Of a stretch of DNA of 1,442 nucleotides, positions 1 to 1,442 are shown piece after piece. Source of the stretch: Escherichia phage T5. Below the pieces are notes generated by a model. The model made no database searches, was not told the origin of the DNA, and saw nothing but the letters and a program-made list of their open reading frames with translations. Positions within the stretch are counted from its first letter, which is position 1, and the number at the start of each line of letters is the position of its first letter. Location of the stretch: sequence record X03898.1; one strand, written 5' to 3'. Both the position numbers and the translations under genes were made by a program.

Positions 1-107
1 GGACTAAGTGTTAGTCCTAGTAATTGGTTAATACTATATCGGTGTTAACTTTTGAGCGTCCCAATCGCTTTGGTAGGAGTTAATCGTACAAGGTCTTAAT
101 GGTTAGT

Positions 108-293
108 TCAATAGAGGATAACGTGCGTCGAGTTCTGCTCATGCTTGGAAGTTAACACTCGCCGAGAGTCTTTGAGAAGATAAGATCGGGGTCTTCGAAT
201 GGGGGCTTTGCGTACAGCCCTTTCAGAAAAGTTCGCGTAGTTTATCGTGGCAATGTGAAACTCGGTAACTATATAGTTCCTTGTCTTCCTCAA
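108..293 (-). CDS. Unsupported 61-codon ORF, most likely not a real gene (hypothetical small basic peptide if real)
   Basis: Seen in sequence: stop-free run from TTG (reverse complement of 291-293) to TGA (reverse complement of 108-110). No ATG start, and no GGAGG/AGGA-like ribosome-binding site in the 20 nt upstream on the minus strand (reverse complement of 294-310 is gatagagcacttccaag). The peptide is Arg/Lys-rich (9 R, 4 K), has no hydrophobic core and no motif I recognise. A stop-free run of this length is expected by chance at this composition. Confidence 0.1.
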   Translation of the reverse strand: MRKTRNYIVTEFHIATINYANFSERAVRKAPIRRPRSYLLKDSRRVLTSKHEQNSTHVILY

Positions 294-1442
294 CTTGGAA
301 GTGCTCTATCTGGTAAATAGAGTTGGCGAAAATTCCATATAAAGATCCTCACCTACAAGGATCATTTGGATAAGCCGTCAGGGCAGATGGGTTAAGGCCG
401 TATAAGGTCTTAAAAAATATTTGGTCGTCTTCGGAGTAAATTTCGTAGTTGTTATCGAAGTGCGACCCAGTAAGGTATGGGTCACCTCAGATCCACTCCG
501 TTTATCCGACGGGTAGGTAATAGACAAAGTACTTCCGTACGAAATTTAAAAAATGGCAGGAAGTAACAATGTCATTGACAAAACGAGTATTCCTAAGGAA
601 TATCAATTAACCTCCTTCCATTACCTCAGCTTGGTAGTGGCATAGTGATGTCGCCCGATCAAAAGTTCTGATCAACGCATGGTGATGCGGGATGGAAGGT
701 AAACAAACCGCCTTTTCTACCCTCAACTTGGGTATTCCGTTATAACGATAACGAGTGGCTAAAGGTTAGCCCAAATCAGCGGTCAGATAAACGAAAAGGC
801 AACAAGACAATTATGAAAACCCGAATTAGGTCAATCAAATCATATGGAGGACGCGTTTCACCTGAGACTATGAAGATTGAGAAATCGACGGAATTGGGTG
901 GGGTAATTATTTTGGAAAAGTCAATACAGAGATTTCTGTTAAGACCAAAATAGTTGGAAGGACATCCAAAATCCGAATGTTAAACGTGTATAATGTCTAG
1001 AGACTTCGTAATCTGAGGGTGTAATCCCCCGTTCCCTGAGATGACAGTCTGGTGGGTAATAGAAATAATCAAAAGGAGACTACAAGATAAAAACTATCCT
1101 GAACTTCTAATAGAAATCTATCTAAGTCAGATAGAGATAGGAAGGCTAGATGGAGATTGGTCCCAGTTTATCTAATATATTCAGGGGTTTATGTACTCTT
1201 TATTAAGCCACATATTCAGTCTCCAAACAAATGGTAAATAGCACATTAAAATGTCGTCCCATAGGTAGCTTGCATATATAGCAACTATTTTGCAAATAAT
1301 CATTTACATCTCTTGTGTAGGGGCGGAGTAAATGATTTATGGGACACTAGAAAATAACCATGTTTGACGTATGTATTTAGGATACTCAACCACCCCGATC
1401 CCTCTGAGCTTGAGGGTGCGTAAATTCGATGCCTTAGATTCC

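Noticed and set aside
75-155. AGGAG (75-79) upstream of an 18-codon ORF starting at ATG 99.
   Set aside because: The spacing from AGGAG to ATG is 19 nt, too long for a functional ribosome-binding site, and the ORF is very short with no recognisable product.
189-205. ttcgaat (194-200) matches the tRNA T-loop consensus GTTCRANYC.
   Set aside because: The flanking 5-mers (gggtc and ggggg) are not complementary, so no T-stem forms, and no acceptor-stem or anticodon-arm pairing is evident on either strand. Not a tRNA.
570-606. Palindrome tgtca-t-tgaca (570-580) containing a perfect -35-like TTGACA (575-580), as a possible promoter or operator.
   Set aside because: No acceptable -10 hexamer at 16-19 bp spacing (gaatat at 598-603 matches only 3 of 6; tatcaa at 601-606 is 20 bp away). 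A 5-bp inverted repeat with a 1-nt spacer is expected more than once by chance in this window.
288-731. Exact 11-mer direct repeat cctcaacttgg at 288-298 and 721-731.
   Set aside because: About 0.25-0.5 such 11-mer matches are expected by chance in 1442 bp, the similarity ends immediately on both flanks, and no further copies exist. Too short and too few for a CRISPR array, insertion-sequence ends or target-site duplication.
1101-1130. gaacttctaatagaaatctatctaagt loosely resembles the conserved 23S rRNA 5'-domain motif GAACTGAAACATCTAAGTA, and gatgccttag (1428-1437) loosely resembles the 23S 5' GGATGCCTTGG.
   Set aside because: The two motifs are in the wrong order and spacing for an LSU rRNA, the matches are partial, and no other universally conserved rRNA block is present (no GTGCCAGCAGCCGCGGTAA-type 16S element either). 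Treated as chance similarity in AT-rich sequence.
1269-1320. AT-rich stretch with ttgcat, tatata and ttgcaa hexamers that look promoter-like.
   Set aside because: No -35/-10 pair with correct 16-18 bp spacing and at least 4 of 6 matches in both elements. AT-rich sequence produces such hexamers freely.
1371-1442. Open + strand frame from ATG 1371 running off the 3' edge (MYLGYSTTPIPLSLRVRKFDALDS...), possibly the start of a gene outside the window.
   Set aside because: Only 24 codons are visible, a stop-free run of that length has about 20% probability by chance, and there is no Shine-Dalgarno-like sequence upstream. Cannot be supported without downstream sequence.
1-1442. CRISPR array, insertion-sequence terminal inverted repeats, integron attC or other mobile-element signatures.
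   Set aside because: No direct repeats longer than 11 nt, no regularly spaced repeat-spacer structure, no long inverted repeats, and no transposase- or integrase-like ORF.

Overview
1442-bp window. Hand-counted composition is A 450, C 260, G 325, T 407 (GC about 40.6%), with a mild purine excess on the + strand. I cannot support any gene, RNA gene, mobile element, CRISPR array or defence/biosynthetic system here. The only ORF in the supplied track (108..293, minus strand, 61 aa) starts with TTG, has no Shine-Dalgarno-like sequence upstream and encodes an arginine-rich peptide I do not recognise. From the base frequencies alone, roughly 1-4 stop-free runs of this length are expected by chance across six frames, so this ORF is not evidence of a gene. 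No rRNA or tRNA signature survives inspection, and no promoter or terminator is convincing. Short exact repeats (9-11 nt) and small hairpins (5-7 bp stems) occur at about chance frequency. Best description: non-coding sequence with no coherent gene content, which could be a long intergenic or degraded region, non-prokaryotic DNA, or a scrambled/compositional control. I find no support for a novel system; the findings below are weak, sequence-level observations, and none was tested against a database or by simulation.
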